DNA from: Stylophora pistillata
Lineage: Eukaryota
Reading direction: 5' to 3'
Length of the DNA stretch: 56,376 nt
NCBI RefSeq assembly: GCF_002571385.2
Contig: NW_019217784.1
Span: 1,567,898-1,624,273 of the forward strand
How positions within the stretch are numbered: position 1 is the stretch's first letter; each line of letters starts with the position of its first letter. Below the pieces are notes generated by a model. The model was not told the origin of the DNA, did not search any database, and saw only the letters and a list, made by a program, of their open reading frames with translations. The position numbers and the translations under genes were made by a program. Positions 1-10,459 of the stretch are shown piece by piece.

Positions 1-178
1 GGGGAAAGGAGAGGAAGAGGGGGAGGGGGAGGGTTGGTTAAATACTTTTACAGTCGCTTCATGTAACTGAAACCGGAAAAATATCCGGCCAGGTGTGTCT
101 TACCCCTCGTGAGCTGGCCCATATTGAAATAACTTGTCGCAGCAGTTTGAGTAATGCCTCTGATTTTTTTTTATCCAG

Positions 179-3100
179 GACCAGAACATTTTGATGAGCT
201 TGTTTCACTTGTGAAACAGAACTGTCTTTTCAAGGACGCGCTTAAACTCTACGTAAAATCTAGCCAGGAGCACCGGGTAGGTCGTTTATTCAGTGATAGA
301 AGATTATGATGTTTTGTTCATTTCCAGTTCTATTTATTTCGTGACTCAGCGTTAACTTACGAACCGACTGAACTAGATAAGTGGCCTGTGCATCTGTGCA
401 TTCACCGGACTTGCACATATACCCACCACCCTATCAAAGATAAATTGTTAGTAGCTGCGAGGTGTTTTATTTACAGGTGTTGTTAGTCGCTTATGGCGAG
501 TACCTTGTTCAACAGAAGAGACACGAGGAAGCCGGACTAGGTATTCTTATTCAACGTTTCAAATTAGGAATAGGAAAAAAAATCGGCGTTTAGGGAAGTT
601 ATAAATCTGCTTCTGCCAAACCCTCCAGGTACAACTTCAAATAATTTGACACTTTCTAGCCTTGAATTTAATCGTGGAATGATTGTTTTTCTATCTTAGT
701 AAGTATTCGCTTTCTTTTTTGCAGTATTTACTAGTTGTGGAGCACACGAACAAGCTCTATCATCCTTTCAAAAGAGCGGAAACTGGAGACAAGTATTTTG
801 TATGGCTTCACTGTTGCAGTATAGAGGCGAACAAGTGGTTTCATTGGCCAGAACTGTTGCAGGTGTTGAACTCATCTGGACGGTTTAACTCTCTTGTTCT
901 TTTAACATCTGTTGGTCAGGATTAATGTTGTTTATTTGCAAAATTGTAGGTTATCTGAAAGGACATAAGCGTGCCCTTGAAGCATCGAGGGTCTTAGAAG
1001 AGTATGCAAAGGTAAGAAAGTGAAAATACCAGGCTCTAGTTATGTGACGCTAGCCAGCCAGTGGTGTATGATGGATTATCACACTAGTGATTTGTATTTT
1101 CTCAGTATTAAGACTCGTGTGTACTCGGCCATGAAAATACAAGGGACAACCGGGATATTCCATTGTTCTCAATGATTAGTTGTTGCATAGCTATATTATA
1201 TCATGCTTTAGAATTGTTTATGATTTTGTATTTTTATTCTTTATTTATTCTTTTATTTTCATTCTTTTCAAATTTTGAAGACTTACTGTTTTCTTACACG
1301 AGCAAGTAAAATTTAACGATATAATGTTCCGACGTTTTGGCGATCTCATGACGCCATTATAAAGGAATGAATTAAAGAGCGAGTTTAAAGAGTTAAGACC
1401 AGTAAATTTACATCAATAAAGTTAAATAAATATTTTAGCGCGGATCGAATCTGTTTGTACCTTTAAACGTGGTCTTAATAGTTTGATGTACAGCATTTCG
1501 TTAATTAAGAAGTCTTGTTTTTGTAATTTTTGATTTGTTTTCGTAGGATCCTGAGGAAGCCATCGCTGTTCTTATCGACGGAATGCAGTGGGAAGAAGCC
1601 CTGAGATTGGTGAGTGAAAGTGTGATATTAAGGCGCCTTACTCGTAACGTCAACTTCTTTTCTGAAATTACGTAAAGCGTACTTTCTGAATTCACGAATA
1701 GTGTCAATGGTCAATCTCGAATTAGCGAGACAGTAGTTTGTAAAAGAGCCATATTATTGCGTTGCTTAACAGTGCAAGCATTCGTAAACGAGAGCGAGTG
1801 AGCAGGTGAGACTGGGGCGGGATTATTATTTCCCGCCGGCCCTTTCTACTTTTGTTGTCTTTGGTGCAAAGAGTGAGTTTTCTGGTGTCAACTTTCTGTG
1901 ACATTATTGGTTATAAGCTTTGGGTTTCATGTTATTTCGCAGATGTACAAACATGATCGGACTGATATTGTGGATACACATTTCAGAGGCGCATTGGATG
2001 AAGGTTGAAAACAACTATTTAATTACCTATTTTCGCAAAAATGGAATTTTTAATGCTCTACAAAATCATTCATCATAAGAGATGACTCACAGGAGTTTTT
2101 TATCCAGAGTACTAAAAATTTCAGGCAAGGATCTGAAGGAAATTTCAGTGAGGTCATCTTTCTCTAACACAATTTAACTGACACATTTATTGATGTATAA
2201 GTTCTCTTGAACGAAGAGAATTAACGTCGGTTTTATTATTTCAGCGTACAACCAAAACTTGAGCGGCATACAAGAACAGGACGAATTGTTCAATAAATAC
2301 ACCAAGCGACTGCAAGTTGTCAGAGAACTGAAAGAACAGCAAAGTGTAGAGTACCAAGGTATGACATTTCATTATTCAAAATGAAATTTTTTTTTTCCCC
2401 TCTTGGCTTCCTGTTTGTTGGTTGCTTTGTTTCTATGCCTTTTTGTTCCTTTTAGTCGGCCAATAACCCCGCCTGAAAGAATTTTTTTCTTTTTTGTTCT
2501 TTGTTTCAATCAAACTGGGCGTTTTTTGTTGTTGCCTTTCTTTACAGAGAGTGGACTGGCGCGAGATGATACGGATCTGTTCTCCGACACGAGTAGTGTA
2601 GGTGACAACTCGGAGTATGCCTCCAGCACCAGTTCCCGCGGGTCAAGATCAACCGGGTAGACTTAAATCCTATTTTGAACGAAGCACATATTTTCGAAAC
2701 TTCTTTGTAGCTAAGCTATGTGTGTAATAAATTAAACCTTATTTTTAACAGGAGGTCCTCCAAAAATCGCAGAAAAACTGTACGAAAGATGTACAGCTTG
2801 AAAGAGGGCAGTAGATTTGAGGATTTCGCCTTGATGGAAGCTCTTTCTGAGATTATTCAAACAGTCCACAAGACCACAGGTATGCTAGTCCAGTCCAGTA
2901 TTCCTTCTTTTGCGCCTTCGTTCAAGTTGAATCCAGGCAGCCCCATAAAGGGCGTGGAAAGCTCAGTCTGAGGACTGGACCACTGGTAAGGTTGCCGGAA
3001 TGACTTAACCATAATCACAAGACTGACATTCGCAGTTAAGTGTCAGTCATAAGTGCTGCGGTACGTGTAACGTTATTTCCGATTGCTTCGTTTGCAGACG

Positions 3101-3877
3101 ACGTGGCGTCCTTGCTGAAGGTGTTGATTTTGTTTGATCGTGAGGAAAATGCTGCCGTCCTTCAAACTAACTTTCAAAAGCTCATCTTAATGATAGAATC
3201 ATCCACCGGCGCTATCTGGCCTCCAGAGGAAAGCTCAAGCAATTTGAGTCAAGCTTCTCAGGTATTAAGCGCAAAGCTGACCATTAAAATAACCCACTCT
3301 TCCCAGCTCTCAAAAACACAGTGGTCAAACGTTTGTACATATACGGAGGTTGTAACGTCCAAGTGAGAACTCACCATGACCGCGCCTGTTGCGTGAAATT
3401 TGGCATAACGTGGCTCCCACCAATTATTCGAGTCTCAGTGATTTTACTTTGTCTCCAGCTCACAGGTCCTGGAGCCACTGTTAACAGCATCATTGCAGCT
3501 ATGAGAAGTGACCAGAGTACGACATTAAATAGGCCAAAAGGTATTCATCACTCTTTGCCTTTTTTTTATTTCGTCTTCAATGGTACATGTTTAATTCAAG
3601 ATCTTAAATGTTAGAAATAGGTTGCGTGAATTTGCCTTTCACTCACCATGGGAGAGGAAAACGGCCCCAAGCGCGGGCGCCGGTATGCAAATTGCGTCAA
3701 GTGAAGTAAAAATTCTCCAAATGTTTGGATCTGTCCCTTAATAAGCATGAAACAATCTTACACCATTTTGAGAAATCCTTAACCGTTTTCTTTATGTTTT
3801 TAGATGAGCCGCAAAGGCCAAAACCTCCGACCTTCAAAATAGCAACTAACTGGAAGCTTGACCAACTACTGTCATAA
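179..3877 (+). CDS. ELP1: Elongator complex protein 1 (ELP1/IKAP), C-terminal 12 exons; 5' part lies outside the window
   Basis: Phase-consistent GT-AG exons: 179-276, 477-540, 725-862, 950-1011, 1547-1609, 1943-2003, 2245-2358, 2548-2656, 2752-2879, 3098-3261, 3459-3540, 3804-3877 (TAA). Translation includes [47 protein letters not shown] and the basic [14 protein letters not shown] region typical of the Elp1 C-terminus. Confidence 0.95.
1295..1501 (-). mobile_element. Penelope-like retroelement 3' remnant in an ELP1 intron
   Basis: Minus strand reads [24 protein letters not shown], resembling the end of a Penelope GIY-YIG domain. It is followed by a decayed hammerhead-like motif (TTATAATGGCG..CGCCAAAACGTCGG, ~1328-1365). 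Confidence 0.65.
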
Positions 3878-4433
3878 CAAATGTTCCCCGAGAAAAGAAA
3901 ACCAATGTTGTCCATGAGGCTTGAAGTTCAGTGCTTCTTACAAAGGGTGTTCGTATTTAAAGGACGTAACTAAGCCCCCCGTTCTCAAGCAAGAGCTATA
4001 GACTTTGAACCAGTAACACAAAGGGAAAGAAAAGCCTGGATGGAGAAAGTGAGAGTGCGCAACGGGCAAAAGAGCCTCAAAAAACGAAGGAGGAGATCAC
4101 AGAGGTGAAACGACACAAGACAAGAAGACTTGTTTTCTTAGCTCTTTATATCAATTGAGTTAAACAATTCGGACGAGAAGAGAACAATGTTTCACTGGAC
4201 ACTTGACGGTTGATGTCAGGCCATTATCGAATTCGAACTAGAACAGGCTCAACAATGCTCGTGCAATCAATGTTATAAATGAACTGCATAATGTTAAGTT
4301 TAAACATTCAGTCCGGTTTCTCTTGAACGTTCTCTGCCCTAAAGCTGGTTTGCCTTCAAGTAATCTCAAAGGAAAAGTTCTAGGGATGCTATCATAACCC
4401 GACTTTGCAGTGAGTTTGATATCATTCGTTTCA

Positions 4434-7400
4434 CTACAGAGGTTCTTCTTTAACATGCAGAACGCTGATCCGTGCATCACCAGCTAACAAAGAGAACAAA
4501 AAAAAAAATGGTTGAGTATGTGTCGCAGTGTTTGAAAATAGCGCTACTGATACTGGCTGATGTCTTTAAGGTGAAAGCAAGCCGCCAAACAGAAGAAAAA
4601 GTTTGACCATGGATCCTTTGAGCCCTAAGAGTAACTAGCATCTAATTTCTCCTTACAATATCAGCCCTGAATCAAGTATTGCGGTCAGGAGAATAAAGGA
4701 AATGATCATCAACTTAAGAAGCTCTTGACTGTAAAACAAATTCTCCTTGTCAGCACCTTAGGAAATGTATAGAGAAAAGAATGAGCGGAAAATATGCATA
4801 CTGTTGTTACGATGTAAACGGTTAAGCAATTAAAGGAGAGTTTTTATGCTTTCATGTGCTTGACTGCGTTTACTTTAGCAAGTAGTTTAGTAAGTAAACA
4901 GAGGCATGGTACTCAAAACATTTTACCTCGAAGATTAAGGAGTTCAATCTCAAGCTGTTCTCTCTTCTTCCTCTGCAAATCCATCTGCAATTTGTATGAA
5001 TCTGGAACAATATTTGGATCAAAGTGCTTAAAATAATTTGAAGACAACCAAACGAGGATCAGTTTTTGAGCAATTTCCAATTGAGTGTCGAAAGTAATCA
5101 AGGATTTCCTTGTTTTTGCTTCACTTCATTGTGTGATTGGTCCACAAAACTCACCTCACTTTTGCAACCAATCAGATTAAAAACTAACAACCAATCACGA
5201 CTTGGTCGGCCACGTTTTCCCGCGCTTCAGGCATTTTGTTTGTTTCCACTTCGAGTTCTTATTAGCTCCTTGAAATATTTTCCTTCTTCTGATTGGCTGA
5301 TGTGATTGCTTCAGTTTGGTTTTAGGACACTCAATCGAAAAGCGCTCAATCAAGAACCGGATTTGCATTGGAACAAGAAACGGATCTGCGTTGGAACCAG
5401 AACCGGATCTGTGTTGGAAATATTTGTGCATCATCACTGCCAGAGCCTAATGGAAGGAAGGCTTGTTGCAGAATGAGCGGAAAATATGCATAAAAACCCC
5501 AACTTACCGTGCAAAATCTTCATTTCTAATTCCTTTCTTTCAATGTTTTCTAACAGTTCCGCATTGGAATCTGCCAGAACGAAAAAACCAAACTGAATCT
5601 TAACATCGGGGAAAAAGAAACACAAGTACCCTCAAGCTTGTGAAATGTGCAGTACCTCAAATTTTCACTATTGCTTAAATAGTGCTTTACTGCGAAGGAT
5701 CGTGCACATATAAGTACCTCAAATGAAAGTAAATACAGCCTTCTGAACAGGCGTCAAAGCACACGTGAAGCGAGCGTGAAACGAGGGCGAAGCGAGCATG
5801 AGTAGCGAGGCACGTAAGAGGCAAGACGCGCGAGGAAAATAAGGCATACCGGTAATTCTCTCTCAGTACAATAAAATAAATATCGAATACATACTCTTCA
5901 CTTGATCTAACTCTCGCTGCACTGCTAGCCTTTGCCCTCTCTCCTGTTGAATTTGTTCCTGATAGGCATCTTTAAGAGGAGCAGAATTACAAGCTTCAAC
6001 ATAAATTGCATTAGCAAACTATAAAAAAGGACAATTTTCATCTTCTATAACCTCAATATTCTACCAATATAGTCATAATAAAAATGAGTTTTTCCTTTTT
6101 TTTTTCAACCCTTAATCGAATTTTTTGAATTAGAGAGTGATTTTGGGTCTGTTCCAGAGCTGTTCGACCTCCTTGAATATTTCCTATGTATATAAATTTT
6201 TATATCATTTACCATATAAAATATTCATTTCTGTTTCTTTACGCTGCAAGGTCTTCAGAAGGTCATCATGGTCTGCTGCAAAACAAAAAGAATGTTTTGT
6301 TTTTTTTTCTTTATCATTCATCACGTACAAAGTATCTGCTTGAACATATAAAAAAAATTAATTTAATCATAAGAAAGCCACACAGTTTTCAGTTTACCTC
6401 TGCATTTTTTCACTAACTGTTCTATCCATATCCCATCACTGAATAAAACTCCCCTGGGTCTTTTGCAGCTATGATGAATACTGTCTGGGAAAAAGGTCAA
6501 CATTCACATCCATTAAAATTTTTATCTTTACCACACTGACAACCTGGGTGTGGAGAAATACAGGGAACACAGTGCTTCACAGGCACACAGATAAAGAGAC
6601 AGACAATACTAGCCAATACATTGATTGCAAAGTGAGTTGAGAGGCTGACAGGTATGCAGAAAGACAGACAAGACAAAAACAGACAGACAGACAGACAGAC
6701 ACAGCAAGAAAAACACAGAGAGACAGATTAACAGAGACAAAAGGCAGGTAAGCAGCAAAAAAAAGGGAAAGAAACAGATGGCAGGCAAATGGAAAAACTG
6801 ATAGAAAGACACAAACTCACAAACCCTTGGCAACCAAGCAACCAATCAAAAGTACACTCAGTCGAAAGGCTGGCAAGCAGGCAGAGACCATCTACACAAA
6901 AAAATGGACAGACAAGCACTAACTGTCCCCAGGCACAAATTTTTGAGCAGCATCATGCATTTACACCATAATTTATCCTGACAGCTTACCATCATTTGTA
7001 AACTTTACTGGGGCACCTGGAATAGTCTCTCTTCCTCCCCCATCACTTGAAATTGTTGAATGAATACTTGAACATGTTGTGACAGCACTGTTTCCTACGA
7101 TGTTGGTTGGATGTATCTTAGAACAAGACAGAGTGGTGTCACAGCTCCAACATCCTGTCATATCCATGACATGGCCGTTTATAACCTGCTTGCTTTGATT
7201 GACATTCAATGCTGCTTGATCAACATCTCTATCATATCTGCCGGGAAGATGCATTGGTGGTGAGGGATTGTTTGAAAAGATTGCTCTTCTTGGTTGTAAC
7301 TGATTGTTAGGAGACCTCACTTTATCATTTGTGTAAAAGGCAATTGGGACAGACTGTGGAAGCTTTGCAAGGCTGATGCTTGATGATGGTGATGAAGTTG

Positions 7401-9594
7401 AGGGGTGGAACAATGTCTCTGGCAAGTCATCATCATCATTAATGCTCTCCATAGATTCTGTGTCATCACTGACAAAGGCTTTGTAAAGATCTGAAATGGA
7501 ATATACCTCGCATGTCTCACTATCTGCAGCATTTTCATCATTGTTCTCCACGTTAATGAACTCGGCATCTGCACTAGAAATCGCATCAGAAGCTGAGCTG
7601 CAGGCCACACTTTCCACTGCTGTTGGTGACTGCCATTCAATTAGTTGCAACCTAGTTTCATTTTCTGGTGTAACGTAAAACTTCAACACCTTATCAACAT
7701 CTGATTTAGTGATGAATGTGCACAAACTTGGCATTTTCATCTGGGTCAGAACTTTCAGTTGACAAATGTCATTGTAGGAATACTTATACTTGACAATTCC
7801 TAACTTGTCAAGATTGTACTGCAACTGAACACATTGGCCATTCAAAAGCTGCACAGCTTTGTGAACATCAGGCATTGACACAACAATCTGATCATTAACA
7901 AAAAACATTGGAATTTTCAAAGTTTCTTGGCTACCATTTTCAACCAGATGCATTTGATTGTCTCCAGAGACATTATTGACAGCATCTCCTAAATTGATTG
8001 GCTCACTGAACTCAACTTTATGTAGAATGTTGTATCTGACATCACCATGATTTGCACTGTACATTTGCAGTAACCTTTCAGCATCACTCTTAGTAATGTA
8101 AGTGCAAAGTGTTGCTCTTGAACTCAGAATATGGTGTGATTTTAGCGGCTTTAAGAAAACTCGTTCAAACCTTCTTGTTGGAATGGTAAGGCGATGCATA
8201 TAATTTCCCACTTGTGCGCACTGTTTAAAGATGTCAATCACCGCCTTTTGAAGATCAGGAATGCAAACAACAACCTCATCATTCACACAACAGGTACGAA
8301 TTATGTATCTGCAGCAATTTGTGCAAGTTCCTTGTGATGTTGGAGAACTTCCACTTTGTGGTGCAACATGCTGCACATCTGACAAATTATCACAGCCTGT
8401 AGTACCCAACTCATCCTTCTTTACCAGGCCACTCGGAGAGCTAGCTCTGGGAGCATCAGCTGTGTTTGCAGTTTGACAATCGCCCAACTTGAAATTCTCA
8501 ATACAATCTCCAGATTTATGCAACAACTCAACAGCCTTTTGCTCATCACATCTTGCAACACTGTTTGATCCTTGAGACACTTCTCCCTCACTGGGTAAAA
8601 GTGATTCATTTGAACATATCCACGCAATTTCTGGTGGATTTTGGTTTAGGAAGGCTGTAGTGTGTTGCAGAATTCTATCAAAATCCTTGCTTTTTATAAA
8701 CAATTTTGTGCAGTTACTATCAGTAATGGCACTATGAATTTGCACATTCTTCAGTCTATTATACATTAACATACTGACACTTATTTCCAAGGTTGATAGA
8801 AATTGGAGTAAAAGGTTTGGCCTCTTAAAATGCGTCGCAAAGAAGGAGTTTACTTCAGATAAAGTAAGAACTTCCTGGTTTTGGATCATATATACATGAA
8901 TCCTATGCAATGAAATAGTATTCTTTAATGGCCTAGTGATGTCAGAAGTGTTATCATTTCCTTTACTGCTCTGCACACCTTGAACATTTGCAGCTGAATG
9001 ATTATCACTGATTTCAACTGGAGTCAAAAATTGTATAAACTTGGCTTTATCTGTGTTGTAAATCTCATCATACTTCATAATTATTTGAGGAAAATCTTTG
9101 TCAGTGATAAATGAGCATACTTTCACCTGCATGTCTACTGTCCCAGTGCTCTTTAGTTTTCTCAGTTCTAACTGGTTGAATCTGTGTGTGTTGATTCTGT
9201 GCTTTCTCAACAAGTGCTGCAAATTGCTGTACGAACCCCAGATCTTTAAAACTGCCTGGCATGCATCAGTAAAAATGATCACAATGTTACCATTTAGAAC
9301 AAATCGAGGTACACAGACAGCTGGTACTACCTTCTCTCTGTTACTAGTACAGTGACACTCGTTTAGCTTTAAAGGATTAAAATCAGGCTCAAACTGCTTT
9401 GCAGAATCGTGATCCACTTCAACAATGATTTCCTCTGTGGCAGAAACACTCAGATTCTCAGTTTTAGAATCTATACCAAGAGGTACATTTCCTTCGGTAG
9501 CCATTGAGAATTCGTCATTTCTCTTACAAGGTTCCATACTTAATTCGTTCCTTTTTCTATCTGCAGTAGTTTGCTTGGAGAGGCTTTTCTGCAT
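4434..9594 (-). CDS. Uncharacterised ~1005-aa protein with four tandem Ski/Sno/Dachshund-homology (DHD) domains and a C-terminal coiled coil
   Basis: Exons 9594-6990, 6484-6398, 6275-6213, 5969-5895, 5570-5508, 5001-4927, 4483-4434; all introns are phase-1 GT-AG; total 3018 nt ending VKEEPL*. Four ~82-aa repeats end in CSFITDKDF, LFIKSKDFDRI, CTYITKSDAERL and CTFITKSDVDKV (compare SKI [28 protein letters not shown]). Confidence 0.85.
4611..4825 (+). mobile_element. Non-autonomous ~210-bp MITE-like repeat, family A
   Basis: Core gtaactagcatctaatttctccttacaatatc...aaattctccttgtcagcaccttaggaaatgtatag...ggttaa recurs at 20852-21062, 26718-26868 and 52215-52397. Confidence 0.75.
5067..5348. mobile_element. 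MITE with imperfect terminal inverted repeats
   Basis: Left end tgagcaatttccaattgagtgtcgaaa matches the reverse complement of the right end, tgagcgcttttcgattgagtgtcctaaa. Confidence 0.7.
5354..5420. repeat. ~23-bp minisatellite, 3 copies
   Basis: aaccggatttgcattggaacaaga / aacggatctgcgttggaaccaga / accggatctgtgttggaaa. Confidence 0.7.
6660..6740. repeat. Degenerate (GACA)n microsatellite in an intron
   Basis: agacagacag acagacagac runs. Confidence 0.7.
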
Positions 9595-10459
9595 TCATAA
9601 AACTACTGCTGGTAAAAGAATAAATCATAAATTATCAAAAAATAGCGAGGATTTTCCATCTTAAATATTTTAAGGACAGGGAAAGATTTCCATAGAACCC
9701 CTTACATTAATTATGCATTCTATTTCATAAAGACTAAATATAAAGGTTTCTTTGCAACACTCTATGCATAGTTAACGTATGGGGTAATAAGGAAATCTTC
9801 CCCTCCTGTGTAGCGAGCAGTTAGAGAACATATATTATAAGTACTCTATACATGATGGTGACCATTTTTCTCCTTGATTAAACTTTTTCTTTATTTTCGG
9901 CTGGGTTATAACAATTAATGTCTTCTCAGGACTGCGTTACCGCATCAAAAATGGTGTATAATTCAGTTTCCCTTCTTCAGTAGACTTCCTCTGTCGCTAG
10001 AAAAATAAAATTTGATTAAATATGTAAACAACAGCACATACCTACAACCTAAAGGTAAAACAGGGATTCCTCGATGAACCAACCAAAGCAAAACAAAGGA
10101 GGAATTTTCTCTTCTTTCAAAGACTGAGTAACCACTCCTTGAAAAACAAAGAACTTTGTGGCCTCTTTGTGGCCTGGGTGAAAGCACGGCTGACGGTTCA
10201 CATCTGCGATCGAGAGCCGGTTTCATCGAATTTTTGGTCATTTCCTTAATATTCTCCGGCCAAACCTAATGAACTCACAGTGGAAATTCTTTAGTTACAA
10301 ATTTCCTCAAATAATTTAAAATATATCTAAGGCGTGACAAACACGTCACGTACTGCGTGACTTGATGCCTGTTCATTTCTACTTGAAGACGTGTGATTCG
10401 GTCGAGGTTCCCTGAGGTACGACGAATATTCATCGCCTCCAAGGCAGAGAAACGCAAAG

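Noticed and set aside
1-37. G-rich tract as a functional G-quadruplex (also 50623-50658)
   Set aside because: Common intronic purine-rich low-complexity sequence; nothing else supports function.
6609-6971. Hydrophobic Cys/Leu-rich ORFs
   Set aside because: Translations of the (GACA)n intronic microsatellite.
6973-6989. Stop of the 873-aa ORF as the gene end
   Set aside because: A good donor (G|GTAAGC) at 6990 and six in-phase downstream exons indicate the ORF simply runs into the intron.
9963-10241. 92-aa ORF as the N-terminus of the 4xDHD protein
   Set aside because: Splicing at the visible donor and acceptor places it out of frame with the main CDS.
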